This document shows positions 1 through 19,757 of a stretch of DNA of 64,000 bases, one piece after another. Source of the stretch: the human T2T-CHM13v2.0 reference genome, Homo sapiens. Position numbers and translations under genes: made by a program. The notes below the pieces were generated by a model that saw only the letters and a list, made by a program, of their open reading frames with translations, had not been told where the DNA came from and ran no database searches. Where the stretch lies: assembly GCF_009914755.1 (NCBI RefSeq), contig NC_060936.1. One strand, given 5' to 3'. How positions within the stretch are numbered: the first letter of the stretch is position 1; each line of letters begins with the position of its first letter.

Positions 1-1042
1 GGAACCAAATGTTAATAGCCAAGACAATGGGGAAAATGTATCAGAAGTCATCAGAGACTTTTGTGGCAGCACCTTCCATCAGAGGCCTGGAGATCTAGGA
101 TGGAAGAATGGCTTTGTGGACTGGACCCAGGGCCCTGATGTCCTGCACAACCTTGGGACACTGCTCCCTGCATCCCAGCCACGTCAGCTTCAGCCATGGC
201 TAAAAGGGCCCCAGATAAGTCTCAGGCTGCTGCTCCAGAGGGTGCAAGCCATTAAGCCTTGGCAGCTCCTATGTGGTGTTAAGCCTGCAGGTGTGCAGAG
301 GGCAAAAGTTGAGGCTTGGGATCCTCTGTCTAGATTTCAGAGGATGTATGGAAACACCTGGATGATCAGGCAGAAGTCTGATGCAGGGGTGGAGCCCTCA
401 TGGAGAACTTTTACTAGGGCAGTGCAGAAGGGAAATATGGGGTTGGAAGTCTCACACAGAGTCCCCACTGGGGCACTGCGTAGTGGAGCTGTGAGAAGAC
501 AGTCACCATCCTCCAGACCCTAGAATGATAGATACACTGACAACTTGTACTGTGCACCTGGAAAAGCTGTAGGCACTCAACACCAGCCCATGAAATCAGT
601 TGAGGGAGATGTACCCTGTAGAGCCACAGAGGTGGCACTGCCCAAGGCCTTGGGAGCCCATCCCTTGCATCAATGTAGCCTACATGTGAGACATGGAGTC
701 AAAGGAGATTATTTTGGAGCTTTAACATTTAATGACTGCCCTTCTGGGTTTTGGACTTGCATGGGGCCTGTAGTCCCTTTGTTTTGGCTGATTTTTCCCT
801 TTTGGAATGAGTGTACTTACCCAATGCCTGTAGCCCCATTATATCTTGGAAGTGACTAACTTGTTTTTTATTTTACAGGGTCATAGGTGGAAGGGACTTG
901 CCTGGTCTCATATGAGACTTTTGGTTGTGAACTTTTGAGTTAATGCTGAAACGAGTTAAGACTTTGGTGGGCTGTTGAGAAGAGATGATTGCATTTTGCA
1001 ATGTGAGAAAGACACGAGATTTGGGAGTGGCCAAGGGCCGAA
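1..1042 (+). mobile_element. MaLR (MST/THE1-type) internal region, truncated by window start
   Basis: Typical MaLR-int text (tagatttcagaggatgtatggaaa..., ccatcctccagacccc, agacatggagtcaaaggagat) running into an LTR. Confidence 0.88.
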
Positions 1043-1423
1043 TGATATGGTTTGTATCTGTGTCCCTGCCCAAATCTCATGTCCAATTGTAATACATAAT
1101 ATTGGTGGAGGGGCCTGGTGGGAGGTGATTGGATAATGGGAACAGATTTCACCCTTGCTGTTCTCATGATAGTGAGTGAGTTCTCATGAGATCTGTTTAA
1201 AAGTGTGTAGCACCTCCCCCTTCATCCTCTTCCTCCTTCTCTGGCCATGTAAGATGTGCCTGTTTCCCCTTCACCTTCTGCTGTGATTGTAAGTTTTCTG
1301 AGACCTCCCTGGACCATGCTTCTTGTACAGTCTGCAGAACTCTGAGTCAATTAAACCTCTTTTCTTTATAAATAACCCAGTCTCAGGTAGTTCTTTATAG
1401 CAACATGAGAATGGACTAATACA
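1043..1423 (+). mobile_element. MaLR 3' LTR (MSTA/THE1D-like)
   Basis: tgatatggtttg...ggactaataca termini with internal attaaacctcttttctttataaa. Confidence 0.88.
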
Positions 1424-2219
1424 GACTGGATGTGCGAATTAGGGGCACCCACTATAAGGCGGGGGTAGTGGGTTGTGTGAGGCATCCCCATGCAGCATAG
1501 GGGCATTTAAAAGGGCTTCTAATAAATGTTCCCCATCATTGTGAGAAAATTCTTGCTATATGTCTACAGCTATAAATATTCTTATCCCAATCAAAATCTC
1601 AGGTCTATATCCAAGTTCAGCCACTTTAAAAGGCAATGTCAAATTACTTGGAATGAAATAATTTTCTCTTTATTGGGTAAATGTCTGAGGAGATTTATAA
1701 TAGAGTATAGAAATGGTAATGTATAGAGACAGTCAAGTAAACCAAACCCTGAATTATTATTTTGAATTAAATTTGGAAATGATTTATACAGTATTTTAAG
1801 TATTTAAAAATAAAAGAGAATGTGGCATATTATGAACAATTTCACATAATAGATTATCAAACACATTTGCTTTCTAATTCCAATTTTTAAATGTATAATG
1901 AGTATTCAATTAGATTTGTGATTTTAAGATAAAAGAAAATTGTGCTATATTATAAATCATATTAGAAAGTTTAAGATAACGTGGCTTTGCCATATTTATA
2001 TGTTGCATTACTTGATTTATAAGGCTTATTTAGGGTTTATCAGTCATACAATTGATAATTGTATTTATTTATTTTCTTTTGTTTACAATTCTATTAAAGA
2101 CATACTTTAAAAGAAAATTAAATATGTTAAATTTATGAACACAGTTTACGTTTTTAAAGTGAGTTTAATTAACACAATGAAATATTAATTTAAGTTCCCC
2201 TTAAGAAATTGATAACATT

Positions 2220-7912
<5,693 letters not shown>

Positions 7913-8928
7913 GAGTCAAAGTGAACAATATGGCAGCTCATATAGAAATCATGCTAGAATAAGAGCTTCTCAATCCTAATATGATTTAATTACTAAGTCT
8001 TGGTAGCATATGCATTGATGTATTTTTTGTCAGGTTTAAATTAAATGTTCACTATCAAAAAAAAGAAATTGATAATATTTGCTAAATTGTATAAATAAAA
8101 TAAAATAGATTAAGTAAACAAATTATGAAAAAATATGTTTTTAGTTGTAAGTTTAACAAATCAAACATTAATTTTAATAATCAAAGTATCCCCAGAAAAG
8201 ATTTTCCTACTCATAAATGTCCTGCTCAAGAACACACACATACATACATGCACACACTCAAAGCCTCACTTAACACCTATAATTACAAAATGGGCTTCCA
8301 GTCAGGGCGATTCTAGGCACTGATATAATTCCCATGGAAAACAAGGCATTTAAATTATTCAACAGAAAAATTAACAAAAGACTCAAATACTGACTTGACT
8401 AAAAAGAAAAACATCAATAAACATATGAAAAGAAATTTTACCTCCCCAGCAATTAAAGAAATGCCAAGTAAAACAAAAATTACTTTAAAATAACCAAATG
8501 TCTTGTTTGCTTGTTTCTGTTATAAGTAAGTGTCTAAGGCTGGCAAGAACTCAAGGACCTGGGTATTCAGACACTGATTGAGCGTTCTGAAGGTAACTTG
8601 GTAGCTCGTAAAATAATCTTAAAAACCACATAAAATATGCACACCCATTGGATCAGCATTTTTATTTTCAAAATTTTACTATATGAAAGGTAACAATAAA
8701 ATAACCACTTAAACATTTAACTATCTTGCAGTGCTGTGAATGATTGCTAAATATTGGAAACAATCCAGCCAGCCAAGAATAGATAAGATGTGGCACAGTC
8801 ATACAATAAAAACACTGTGATGTAAATACGATATAAAATATATTTAGCACTTAAATGTGTATTAAGAGAAAAAAGTATCATATGAACACTATGACACAGT
8901 ATTTATTTATTTGTTTAATTAAAAAAAT

Positions 8929-9241
8929 TTTTTGAGACAATCTTGCTCTGTCACCCAGGCAAGATCACAGTGTGTATAGTGGCAAGATCACAGCTCACAG
9001 CAGCCTTGACCTCCTGTGCTCAAACAATCCTCCCACCTCAGCCTCCTGAGTAGCTGAGACCACAGAGATTTGCCACCATGCCTGGCTAATTTTTTTTTTG
9101 TACTTTTTTTTTTTTTTTGTAGAGACGAGGTTTTGCCATGTTGCCCAGGCTGGTCTCAAACTCCTGGGCTCAAGTGATCCTCCCACCTTGGCCTCCTCCC
9201 AGAGTGCTTGGATTACAGGCATGAGCCACTGCACTCAGCCC
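8929..9241 (-). mobile_element. Alu (AluJ-like)
   Basis: T-tail, dimeric Alu text on reverse strand. Confidence 0.9.
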
Positions 9242-9949
9242 TGTGATCCATTTTTAAACCATAGACATGCATCAAAAAAAGTCTGTATGTATGGTCACAA
9301 ACATATTAATACTGGTTGTCTCTGAGTGGTAGAGATATTATCTCTACTAACTATATCTATTAGTACTAGTACTATACTATTATCTCTACTAATAATAATG
9401 AGACATATATGCTCATTATTATTTCCTCCTTCTTTCTTATCCATGTGTTCTGATGTCTTACAATGAGCATATGTTACTTATATAATGAGGAAAAATGATA
9501 AAAGGGCTTGTGTGTGTGTGTGTGTTTTCTTGTTTGCTCCTTTGTTTTAAGGTAAATGGTAACAAGGGAAAAACAGATGAGACTCCAGGGTCTATAACAC
9601 GGGTGAGGTTTATTAAATGTATACTCAAGCACTCCTTTTAATATCTGCTCAGGAACAACATAAACAACATTGCTACAAGGGGAAAATATGCCTGACAAAT
9701 ACACATTTCCTTTAGGAAGCAAATACATATGTGACATTCTTTGATCCCACAAACATGAGCACTTCATAAGAGCCCAGCACTGTAGGGTCAAGAAGACACC
9801 ACTATTTGCAGGTTAGAATGGGTCTGTAGTAAACAGTCCCCTTATGCCTGTGCCAGTTATGAACGGCTCAATCATTCACCTTTCATTTTCCCCAAATGAA
9901 ATGAAAACCAACTTGACATCCCTTGCCCTCCTCCACCATCCTTACCTTG

Positions 9950-10425
9950 TGCACACATCATGCACACACACTACACACATGCACACCACACACACCACAC
10001 CATACACAACACACACATGCACATCACACACACACCACATACACACATTACACCACACACACCACCACACACCACACCACACACACACACATCACATCAT
10101 ACACACCACACACATGCACACCACATACACCACACCACATGCACCACACACATGCACCACACACACACCACACACACACAACACACATACCACACACACA
10201 ACACTCATCACACATACACCACACACACTATACCACACACACCACACATGCACCAAACACACACATTACACACACCACATCACACACACACAACACACAG
10301 TCACTGCACACACACCCCACACACCCCCCCACACGCACCACATACACACCACACACAACACACACACAAACCACACCACACCACACACACACACACCCCC
10401 AACACATGCACCACACACACACATT
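9950..10425. repeat. Degenerate (CA)n/CACACCA low-complexity tract, ~475 bp
   Basis: Almost exclusively C and A; produces His/Thr-rich spurious ORFs in three frames. Confidence 0.95.
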
Positions 10426-11328
10426 ATTAGCTGTGTGGATGTCTCGACCTCGGGCACCCCCTCCTGCTCTCTGGAACATGTAAGAACCCCAGGCTTAAAC
10501 TAGATGAAAGTGCTGTCCACCACCTTCCCTTCCCAGCAGGAGTGTTAAAAGAGAAGTTATTTATTCTAGAACTGGAAATTGGAAAACAGAGAATTTGGGT
10601 TGACTCTTTGAGCATATTGAAGACTTTCATATTTAGCCAACATGTATTCAGCCAATAGGTCATATTATTGTGGGATTTATCAGAATAGGACTTGTCATTA
10701 TATTGGAGTTAGTGGCCATCAGTGTGTTTGGCTTAAGCTTGCAGGTGGCATCTGGACACCTGGAGTGAGCTGTGGAATGGGTCTACCTTACTTACTGTAG
10801 GTTTCTGCCTAGTCCCAGTTAGAAGCAGGGGTTCTTCCAGGAAAACATGTTAGTAAGAGAGAGAAATGAATATAACCAGACGCAGTAACAAGTGTGGGGA
10901 TACGAAACAGTATGTGTCCCTTGCTGTCTGTCCCTAGAGACAGATCTGGTTAACTTCAATCAATAACATTTATAAGTAAGTGCAACCTATAGAAGCACAA
11001 TGGAAACCTTCTTCAACCACGTGGAAAAAAGACCTATGAGAGAAGTGCATTGTAAGCCTGAGAGAGCTATTGGGGTAGATTGCAAGCCCACTAGCTCTAT
11101 TCCTAAACGTTACCTTGGCACTTTAGGTAGAATCTTTCTCATTTTAGTGAGGACCTCAGCTTGCTTTCTATGGTACTGTCCATTCAAGAATCTATTCTAG
11201 TTAGCTTTGCATAAAAACTTGATTCACTTCCTATTAAAGGTGGAAGGCATCTGGGGACTTACACCCTCTCTTTTGCTAATAAAAAACCAAGAGAGCCTAG
11301 CAAGGTTAAGAAAATGCCCAACATCACA

Positions 11329-11703
11329 GATACACCATGGGATACTATGCAGCCATAAAAAGGAATGAGCTCATGTCCTTTGCAGGGACATGGATGAAGC
11401 TGGAAACCATCATCCTCAGCAAACTAACACAGGAACAGAAAACCAAACACCACATGTTCTTACTCATAAGTGGGAGTTGAACAATGAGAATACATGGACA
11501 CAGGGAGGGGAGCATCACACACCAAGGCCTGTCAGGGCATGGGGGAAAGGTGAGGGAGAGCATTAGGACAAATACCTAATGCATGCAGGGCTTAAAACCT
11601 AGAAGACAGGTTGATAGTTGCAGCAAACCACCATGGCACGTATATACCTATGTAACAAACCTGCACATTCAGCACATGTATCCCAGAACTTAAAATTAAA
11701 AAA
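11329..11703 (+). mobile_element. 5'-truncated L1PA 3' end inserted into a MIR
   Basis: L1 3'UTR text; TSD aagaaa(a/ct)tgcccaacatcaca at 11308-11328 and 11704-11725; flanks read as MIR core (aaggttaag..cttgcccaa.atcacacag). Confidence 0.85.
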
Positions 11704-12129
11704 AAGAAACTTGCCCAACATCACACAGTTACTCAATAGTAGACCCAGGACTAGAATTTCAAGGTTATCTAGTCCAACCCCCATCAGGTACCTGAACTCT
11801 TGTAGAGAAGCCCAGCCAATTGGCTTGGCACCTCATGCTCAGAAGCTTCCAGGAATTTGGGGATTTTGTTTCTCAATTGCCAGGCCAAGGATCCCTTTTA
11901 TTGCTACACATTTACCTTTGTAAACCTATCTGGCTAAAATAAATGTCAATATGAGCTGGAATTCCTGGAAGATAAAATGCCAAATTACATAGGTAGGGTG
12001 AGGCAAGGAGACAAAGTAGAGAAGGTGACCTAGAAGTAAGGTGAGTGGGTGAGAGGTTGAGTTAAACTTGCCTGGTCTTGAACATTTGTGAATAATGCAC
12101 AGTGTAGGCCAGTTAGCTGCCTGCCTAGT

Positions 12130-12430
12130 TCTGACTCATTCCTTACTCTCAGTGCAGACATTACTTCTTCCAAGAAATCTTCTCTGACCTCCCAAGCCTA
12201 GACTAATTGCCTCTGCCTTGTATGAGTTCCTATGACAGCCTATTCTTCTCTTGCCATTATGCATATCATATGTTATTATAAATTCTTATTTATTTGTGTC
12301 TACTTCTTGACACTGAAAGTTGCTCTAGGGTGAGAACTGTGGCATGTTCACGATCATATCCCCAGGCCCTAGCACAGTGCTCACTTACAGTAGGTGCCCC
12401 AACACAAATCAGTTGAATAAATGAATAAGC
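12130..12430 (+). mobile_element. LINE-2 3' end
   Basis: cctagcacagtgct...agtaggtgc...gttgaataaatgaat terminal motif. Confidence 0.7.
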
Positions 12431-12722
12431 TATTTCCCTTGATTTTTGGCACTTGGAGGAGAGTATCTTCAGCAAGGCCTTCATTGGGGTACCTCAGATA
12501 TAGGTTACTGGTCTTACTGAAGCTGGAGTTGGATTGTTCTAGAAAGCAAATTTTCAATGTATCTGTGTGCATATTCAAGTATGTAAGATGCAGCAGGGAA
12601 GATGAGACAATGGGGAAGCCTAACCTGCTAGGGAGAAGCAGCCATCAAGGAATAAGACCTTAGGAAGCTGGCTTTCTTGGGATAAAACCAACCAGCTTTG
12701 AGGGACTTTTCCTTCACGGATC

Positions 12723-13205
12723 TGTCAAACTTAAAATAAAAATGTAGAGACAAATCTCTAAATATAATTTTTTGGTGTGGGAGAAAGGATTGCAATTCTG
12801 GGCATACATACAGACTGGATGGTCTTCAGTATGTCTGAAGGCCAAAGAGAAAGTTGGAGGTTTTATAAAAAACAGAAATGCTATGTATTGCTCCTTGAAA
12901 AAGTTCATGGGCACCTGGTAAATGTTCTGGTGAGCTGGAAACTTTTGATTGGTGAATGATGGTGGGTGGGGGCTGGGTGTAAAATTAATCTTCAAATTGC
13001 AGTAGGTCATTTCAGCAACTAATAGATAAAACTGGCTTCGGGTTACATCAGGCAGTTTCAGCAGCCAGGTTGGCAGATAATTACATTTTTTGGAGCAATG
13101 TTATGTGTGTCCAGAGTGCTTTTTCTTCCTGGCTTCTCAACTCTGTTTTAGTTAGGTATAACAAAAATGAAATTTTACAGATCAGGGCCCTGTTTGAGGT
13201 TCACA
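12723..13205 (-). mobile_element. Probable ERV1-class solo LTR
   Basis: tg...ca termini and LTR-like composition; family not assigned. Confidence 0.4.
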
Positions 13206-13289
13206 ATCAGTTATTATGAATCAAAAGTCAAAACTATTTGCTTGGTTGCTGGCAGAAGGTGGCCTACAGTTTTCTCCTTTTCTTTTAAA

Positions 13290-13742
13290 AATATTTATTT
13301 ATTTATTTATTGTAAGAATCATTTTGACTTTTATTTTAGATTCAGGGGGTACATGTGCAGTTTGATACATGGGTATATGGCATGATGCTTATGCTGAGGT
13401 TTGGGGTATGATTGAACCTGTCACCCGGGAAGTGAGACCCAACATTTACTTTTTCAAGTATTGTCCCACTCTCTCCCTCCCCACTGTATTAGTCCCCTAT
13501 TAGTCCCCAGGCACTATTGTTGACATACTTCATAAGTATCCAATGTTTAGCTCCCACTTATAAGTGAGAACATGCAGTATTTGATTTTCTGTTTTGTGTT
13601 AATTCACTTAGGATAATGGCCTCCAGCTCTATCCATGTTGCTGCAAAGGATATGATTTCATTCTCTTTTATGGCTGTGTAGTATTCCACAGTGTATATGT
13701 ACCACATTTTCTTTACACAATCCACCATTGATGGGCACCTAG
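13290..13742 (-). mobile_element. Old L1 (L1PA16/L1PB-like) 3' end, interrupted by ERV at 13743
   Basis: Reverse L1 3'UTR: ctcccacttataagtgagaacatgcagtatttg...gatgggcacctag. Confidence 0.85.
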
Positions 13743-14845
13743 TGATGGCAGCAGCGGGCTATCTGGAGCAGCCACTGCCACTGTGCCAGCTACAGTGGGG
13801 AAGTGCAAGAAGTAGTGGCAGGAGTGGCTGCAGGAGCAGCAGTGGTGGTGGGGGGGACCCATGTGACCCGCATTTCCTGTGCCCCATGGGCTGCCAGTCA
13901 TGCAGACCGGAGTGGGAACTTATGGTGCCTTTTCTGGGCCTGCCCATGGCCACATATGAATGAATCAGTGTGCACTTTCTCCCCTCTGAGGCCCACAAAA
14001 GCCCTGGGCTTGGCCTGAGGCAGAGCACACAATGGGATGACCAGCTGCAGAGAGGAGTTACCATCTCTGCTGATAGCTGAACACTTGTTGGGATGAGCAG
14101 TGCAGAGAGGGGTTACCCTCTCTGCTAGGAGCAGAAAACTCACCAGGACAACCTGGCTGCAAAAAGGAGCTGTCCCCTGTGGGTTTCCTCTGAGCTGTTC
14201 TATCTTTCAATAAAGCTCCTCTTTATCTGGCTCACCCTCCACTTGTCTGTGTACCTCATTCTTCCTGGTTGCAGGACAAGAACTTGGGACCCATTGAATG
14301 GCAAGGCTAAAAGATCTGTAACACAAACAAGGCTGAGACATGCCCCTTGCTTGGCATATGGTGGGCAAAGAGAAGGAGAGAAGAGCTGTGGCCCTTCAGG
14401 GAGCCCAGACCTGAGAGCTCCCTGAGCCAGGGCTGTGACTCCCTCTTTGGGACCCTGTAGTTCCTTGCGTCTCCAAGCTTCCAGGTGCTACCACATTCTC
14501 CAGTGCCAGCGAGGAAGCTGCTTGCAGTGTGCCTGGTCCAGCTGCAGCTTTGCAGAGAGCTGGTGCCCATGCAGCACCTGGAGCTCCCCACCCTGTGGCA
14601 GCAGCCAGTATGTCTGACTGCACAGTGGCCAGAACCCTCGCTCACTCACACATCACTCACCACTCCGTGCATGACTCACAGTTTCCCTTGAAGGCGTGGG
14701 ATCCAGGCTGGTAGCATGAGCTGAGTGTAGTCTTCCAGGTCAAGTGGGCAGAATGAGTCCAGCAGGCCTGAGCAAAACTTGGACAAAGGTGCCACTGGCC
14801 ACAGGTTTCTGGCCAGAAAAGTGACACCCCAAAGATTCTGTCACA
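13743..14845 (+). mobile_element. 5' LTR of MER52-like ERV1 provirus (internally deleted)
   Basis: tgatggcagcagcgg... start, AATAAA at ~14209, ...ctgtcaca end, followed by PBS. Confidence 0.8.
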
Positions 14846-14848
14846 TTA

Positions 14849-14866
14849 TGGGGGCTTGTCCAGGAT
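14849..14866 (+). other. Primer binding site complementary to tRNA-Pro
   Basis: tgggggcttgtccaggat vs canonical Pro PBS tgggggctcgtccgggat (2 CpG-type changes), 3 nt after LTR end. Confidence 0.8.
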
Positions 14867-17800
14867 CTGCAGAAGGGTGAGTAAAAGTGGACCTGCTCTT
14901 TCTGTCCTTTTTTCAGAGTCTCTAAATTCCACAATAGCCAAGATGAAAGAAAATACTGGGCCTCTGTCAACCAGTTAAATGTGACTAGCATGGCTGTTGA
15001 ACTTAAGACACAGAGGACAGGCTTGCTGGGGAGGACAGTCAATCCCCTTTTACCCTTGGGTATTGGGAATGTTGGCTTTGTTCCAACCTAGTTTTCCTTT
15101 ATAGAGGTCTAGCTGTCACATGGGACTGGAAGGAGGCCCTGGGGAAACTGAGGGTATCTGGCTGAGGCTACACCTTGGTGTTATCCAAAGACCCCTGGAC
15201 TAATTCTGGTCCCTGACCACCCATTAGAGTGTTAGAACTAGGACCTCCAGTCTTTCCTATTGTTCTTTCTTTCTTTCATGGCTGTCATGTTTCCTATCTC
15301 TTCTTTATATACAATGTTAAATGTTAAAGATGTTGCAAACCACAGAGATAATAGTACTGGGTAGAATGAGCATTTGGCTTAGTCATCAAAAGTATAAAAT
15401 GGAAGATTAAGAGTAGCACAGATGAAGCAAAGTGGGCCTTGGTATCTGTACATAAATTTGTGGTGAAAATGTTCTTGTCATTTCCTTGTTTGAAAACTTA
15501 GTGCCAAGCATCTTGAGGCACAGAAAAGAAGTATGGCCTCAGGAAGGAAGTGTTAATTTCAATACTATCCTGCAGCTGGACTTTTTCTGTAAATGCAAGG
15601 GCAAATGGTCTGAGGTCCCATATGTTCAGGCCTTCTTTGCCTTGCAGGATAACCTGAACCTTTGCCAATGTTGCAGGATTGATTCAGCCCTCCTAGCAGT
15701 TGTCTCAGGAGAGGCTACAATGAGCAATCCCAGGGAAATAGGGAAGAAAACTCCAGAGGTAACTCCAGAGGTGCCTCCATCGGGGGAATCACCTCCTCCC
15801 CTCCTCTCTATCCAGGTTCTCTCTCAAGCTTGCCCCAGCCTAGAAATCCTTGCTCTAGGCAGGTCTTTGTCTCACTCCTGTCCCTACAACAGATGCCTGG
15901 TGGATATGGCCCCATTAAGTTCAAGGTCCCCTTTTCTCTACAGGACTTAAGGTAAATTAAGGGGGATCTTGGCAAGTTTTCTGATGGTGCTGACAGGCAT
16001 ATAGAGGCTTTCCAGAACTTAACCCAAGTATTTGAGCTCTCCAGGAGGGATGTCATGTTACTTCTGAATCAAAGCCTGACCACCACTGAAAAGCCAGCCA
16101 TGCTGCAAGCAGCAGAGAATTTTGGGGATGAACTTTATCTTTTATATAGGGTCAGGAAGGGGGAGGAGCCTTATCTGATTGAAAGAATAGCAGTGCCATT
16201 GTAGGATCCTAAATGGTATCTCAATGATGAAATGAGAGAATGGAGGAGAAAACACTTTCAGGTGTGCATACTGGAGTGCTTGTGAGGGACTGGAACCAGG
16301 CCTCTTGATTTCACTGGGCTATCCATGGTAGACCAGAGATTGGGTGGGAGTCCCTTGGAGTGTTGGGAGGGGACTTGTTAAAGCATATCTCTCTGTCTCC
16401 TGATTCAGTCAAGAGACAACTGGTCCTAGGGGATGAGTTTATCACAGAGGCAGCCCTTGATATTAGGAGGGGACTGTGGAAATGAGCTGTTGGACCAGAC
16501 AGTACTTTGGAGGGCCTCCTGGGAGTAGCCACCTTGGTCTTTGCAGTGGGAACCAGGAGGAAGTCCAGAAAAGTGAGGGGAGGTACAGGAAAAAGGCAGA
16601 GGTTCTAATAACTGCCTTGTGGGCTCATGGACCCCAGAGTCCCTGAGATACATCTGTTGACTGCTGCAAATGTGGCAGGCCCAGGCACTTTAGGAGGGAC
16701 TGTCTGGACAGCAGGGGGAGGCCACCTCAATCCTGTCCTGTTTGTGATGGGGATCATGGGAGGGTGGACTGTTCCTTTAAACACCAGTCACCAGGTCCAA
16801 GGATGGTCTCCCAAATGGTCCAGCAGGACTGATGGGTCCTGGGGCTCCTGTCACTGGCTCCAGTGGTTCAGACTGCCATTGCCACCCTGGAGACCCAGAT
16901 GACTCTGGGGGTCAAGGGAAGGAGGGTGGACCTCCTTCTGGACTCTGGAGCAGGACTTTCAGTTCTCCTTTCCAATCTAGGCCCCACTTCTCTCTTGACA
17001 TGACCGTGAGGGGCATCTCAGGTTTCATTCCTCTACAATGTCAGGAGCCAACATAGTCCTATGAATACAGGGAGCTTTTCTATGTGAGGGGTTAGTTTTT
17101 TTTCCTTTTGGGAAGCACCTTATTAGGTCAATTCCTGGGATTCCCTTTCTCCCCCTTGTTTGAGGAAGACCTGGTCCCACAGCTTCACCTGCTTATGATA
17201 GGGAAGCAACAGAGGAGCAGCCCCAGCCAGTTGTGGGCTGCAATTTGGTGAGGGCCACCTGGGACTAATTTAATGGATCTGTACACTCTCCTGAGGCATT
17301 TATTTGTCCCAAGCTTCAGTTTGAAGCCCTGGAATGGAACACTAGACCTGAGGCAGATGACAACAGGAGTCAAGGGGCACAGTGCAGGTGAGCATGACTA
17401 ATTCCTGCTGATCAGGCCCTCCTGCTTTGTGGATGTAGGTCATGCTCACGTCATAAGGTCTAGGGAACCCAAAGGTTAGTGACAGCAGGAGGATAGGGTG
17501 GCACATAGCTAAGTGCAAATATTCCTACCCACTAGGCCTCCCTGCTACATGGGTGAAGGTTGCACTTGCACCCATGGGATGACACTTGCAAAGGCCACTG
17601 GGACTTGGGGATAGAAGGTCAGAAGAAGAAAAAGTGATGCCTTTTTTTTCTCTCCATCATGTACCCTGGCTATTCTCTGGAAAGAGAGAGGAACAAAGGG
17701 ATGCCATTTCCCCTCTTTCCAGATGGGTAAGGAACCATTTTCAGCCTGCACTCTTCTTGAGTGCATCATAAATCACTGGAACTCCTTTGAACCTCAGACT

Positions 17801-18620
17801 ATGGAGAAAGAAAAAAATCTTTTTTATTTTTTCTTTCTCTGTCTTCCCTTCACAGGTGGGTAATTGCATCTCTGTACTAAAAGACACTCCCTTTGGATGC
17901 ATCCCCTAAACTGGGAAAAGTTTAATTTCCCCAAACCTTAAACGTCTTGGCAATCTCTTGAGGAGGGACAACTTTCCTTTATCTGTTACCCTTCATAAAA
18001 CTCCAGGGTAAATAGGGCTCCATGGCTAACGGGAAGGGAACCCAGAAGTCTGACATGCTGGCAAAAGGGTAAAAGTTCTTACCAGTTGGACTTATGTCTT
18101 CTCTCTTTCTGTGCAAACTGGTTGCAGGAATGGTAAAAAACCACTGTATTCTCTGCTTTTCCATGAGTTCAAAAACCAGAAGTACTGGCCATTTGGCATG
18201 GCTAAGGTTGGGTAGTAAGATATTTAAAAGGACTTCTTAAAAAAGAAATGCTATGGTTAAAAGACTGCTTACTTAAAGATGGATATCCAAGCTATAGGTA
18301 TATTTAAAAGGCCTTTATGTCTTTTTTCTTAGTGGATCTTGTTTGTTTTTCTGGAAAAGGTTTTTTCTTCTCAGTTGACTGAATTATTTTTCTCCATTTT
18401 TGTCTGGCCACTCTTAATGCACATACCAGGGTCTCCAAGATAGCATCTGGTGGCCTGGGACTCCCTTGGAAAAGCAGATGAGGTGCCACTGACCCATTTT
18501 GGGAAAAACTCTCTTTACCCCATGGAACCCCAGGGATTAAGGGTGGATGAATCCCTCTCAAAATCTGTTTTTATCATCCTGCTATACCTATTTATTAGGC
18601 CTTAGAAATTGCATATTTTT

Positions 18621-19757
<1,137 letters not shown>

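Noticed and set aside
116-859. ORFs of 135 and 104 aa (and homologous ORFs at 23303, 57065, 57202)
   Set aside because: Fragments of the decayed MaLR internal ORF, not host genes.
9844-10503. 219-, 186- and 156-aa His/Thr-rich ORFs
   Set aside because: Translation artefacts of a CA-rich simple repeat that lacks stop codons in all frames.
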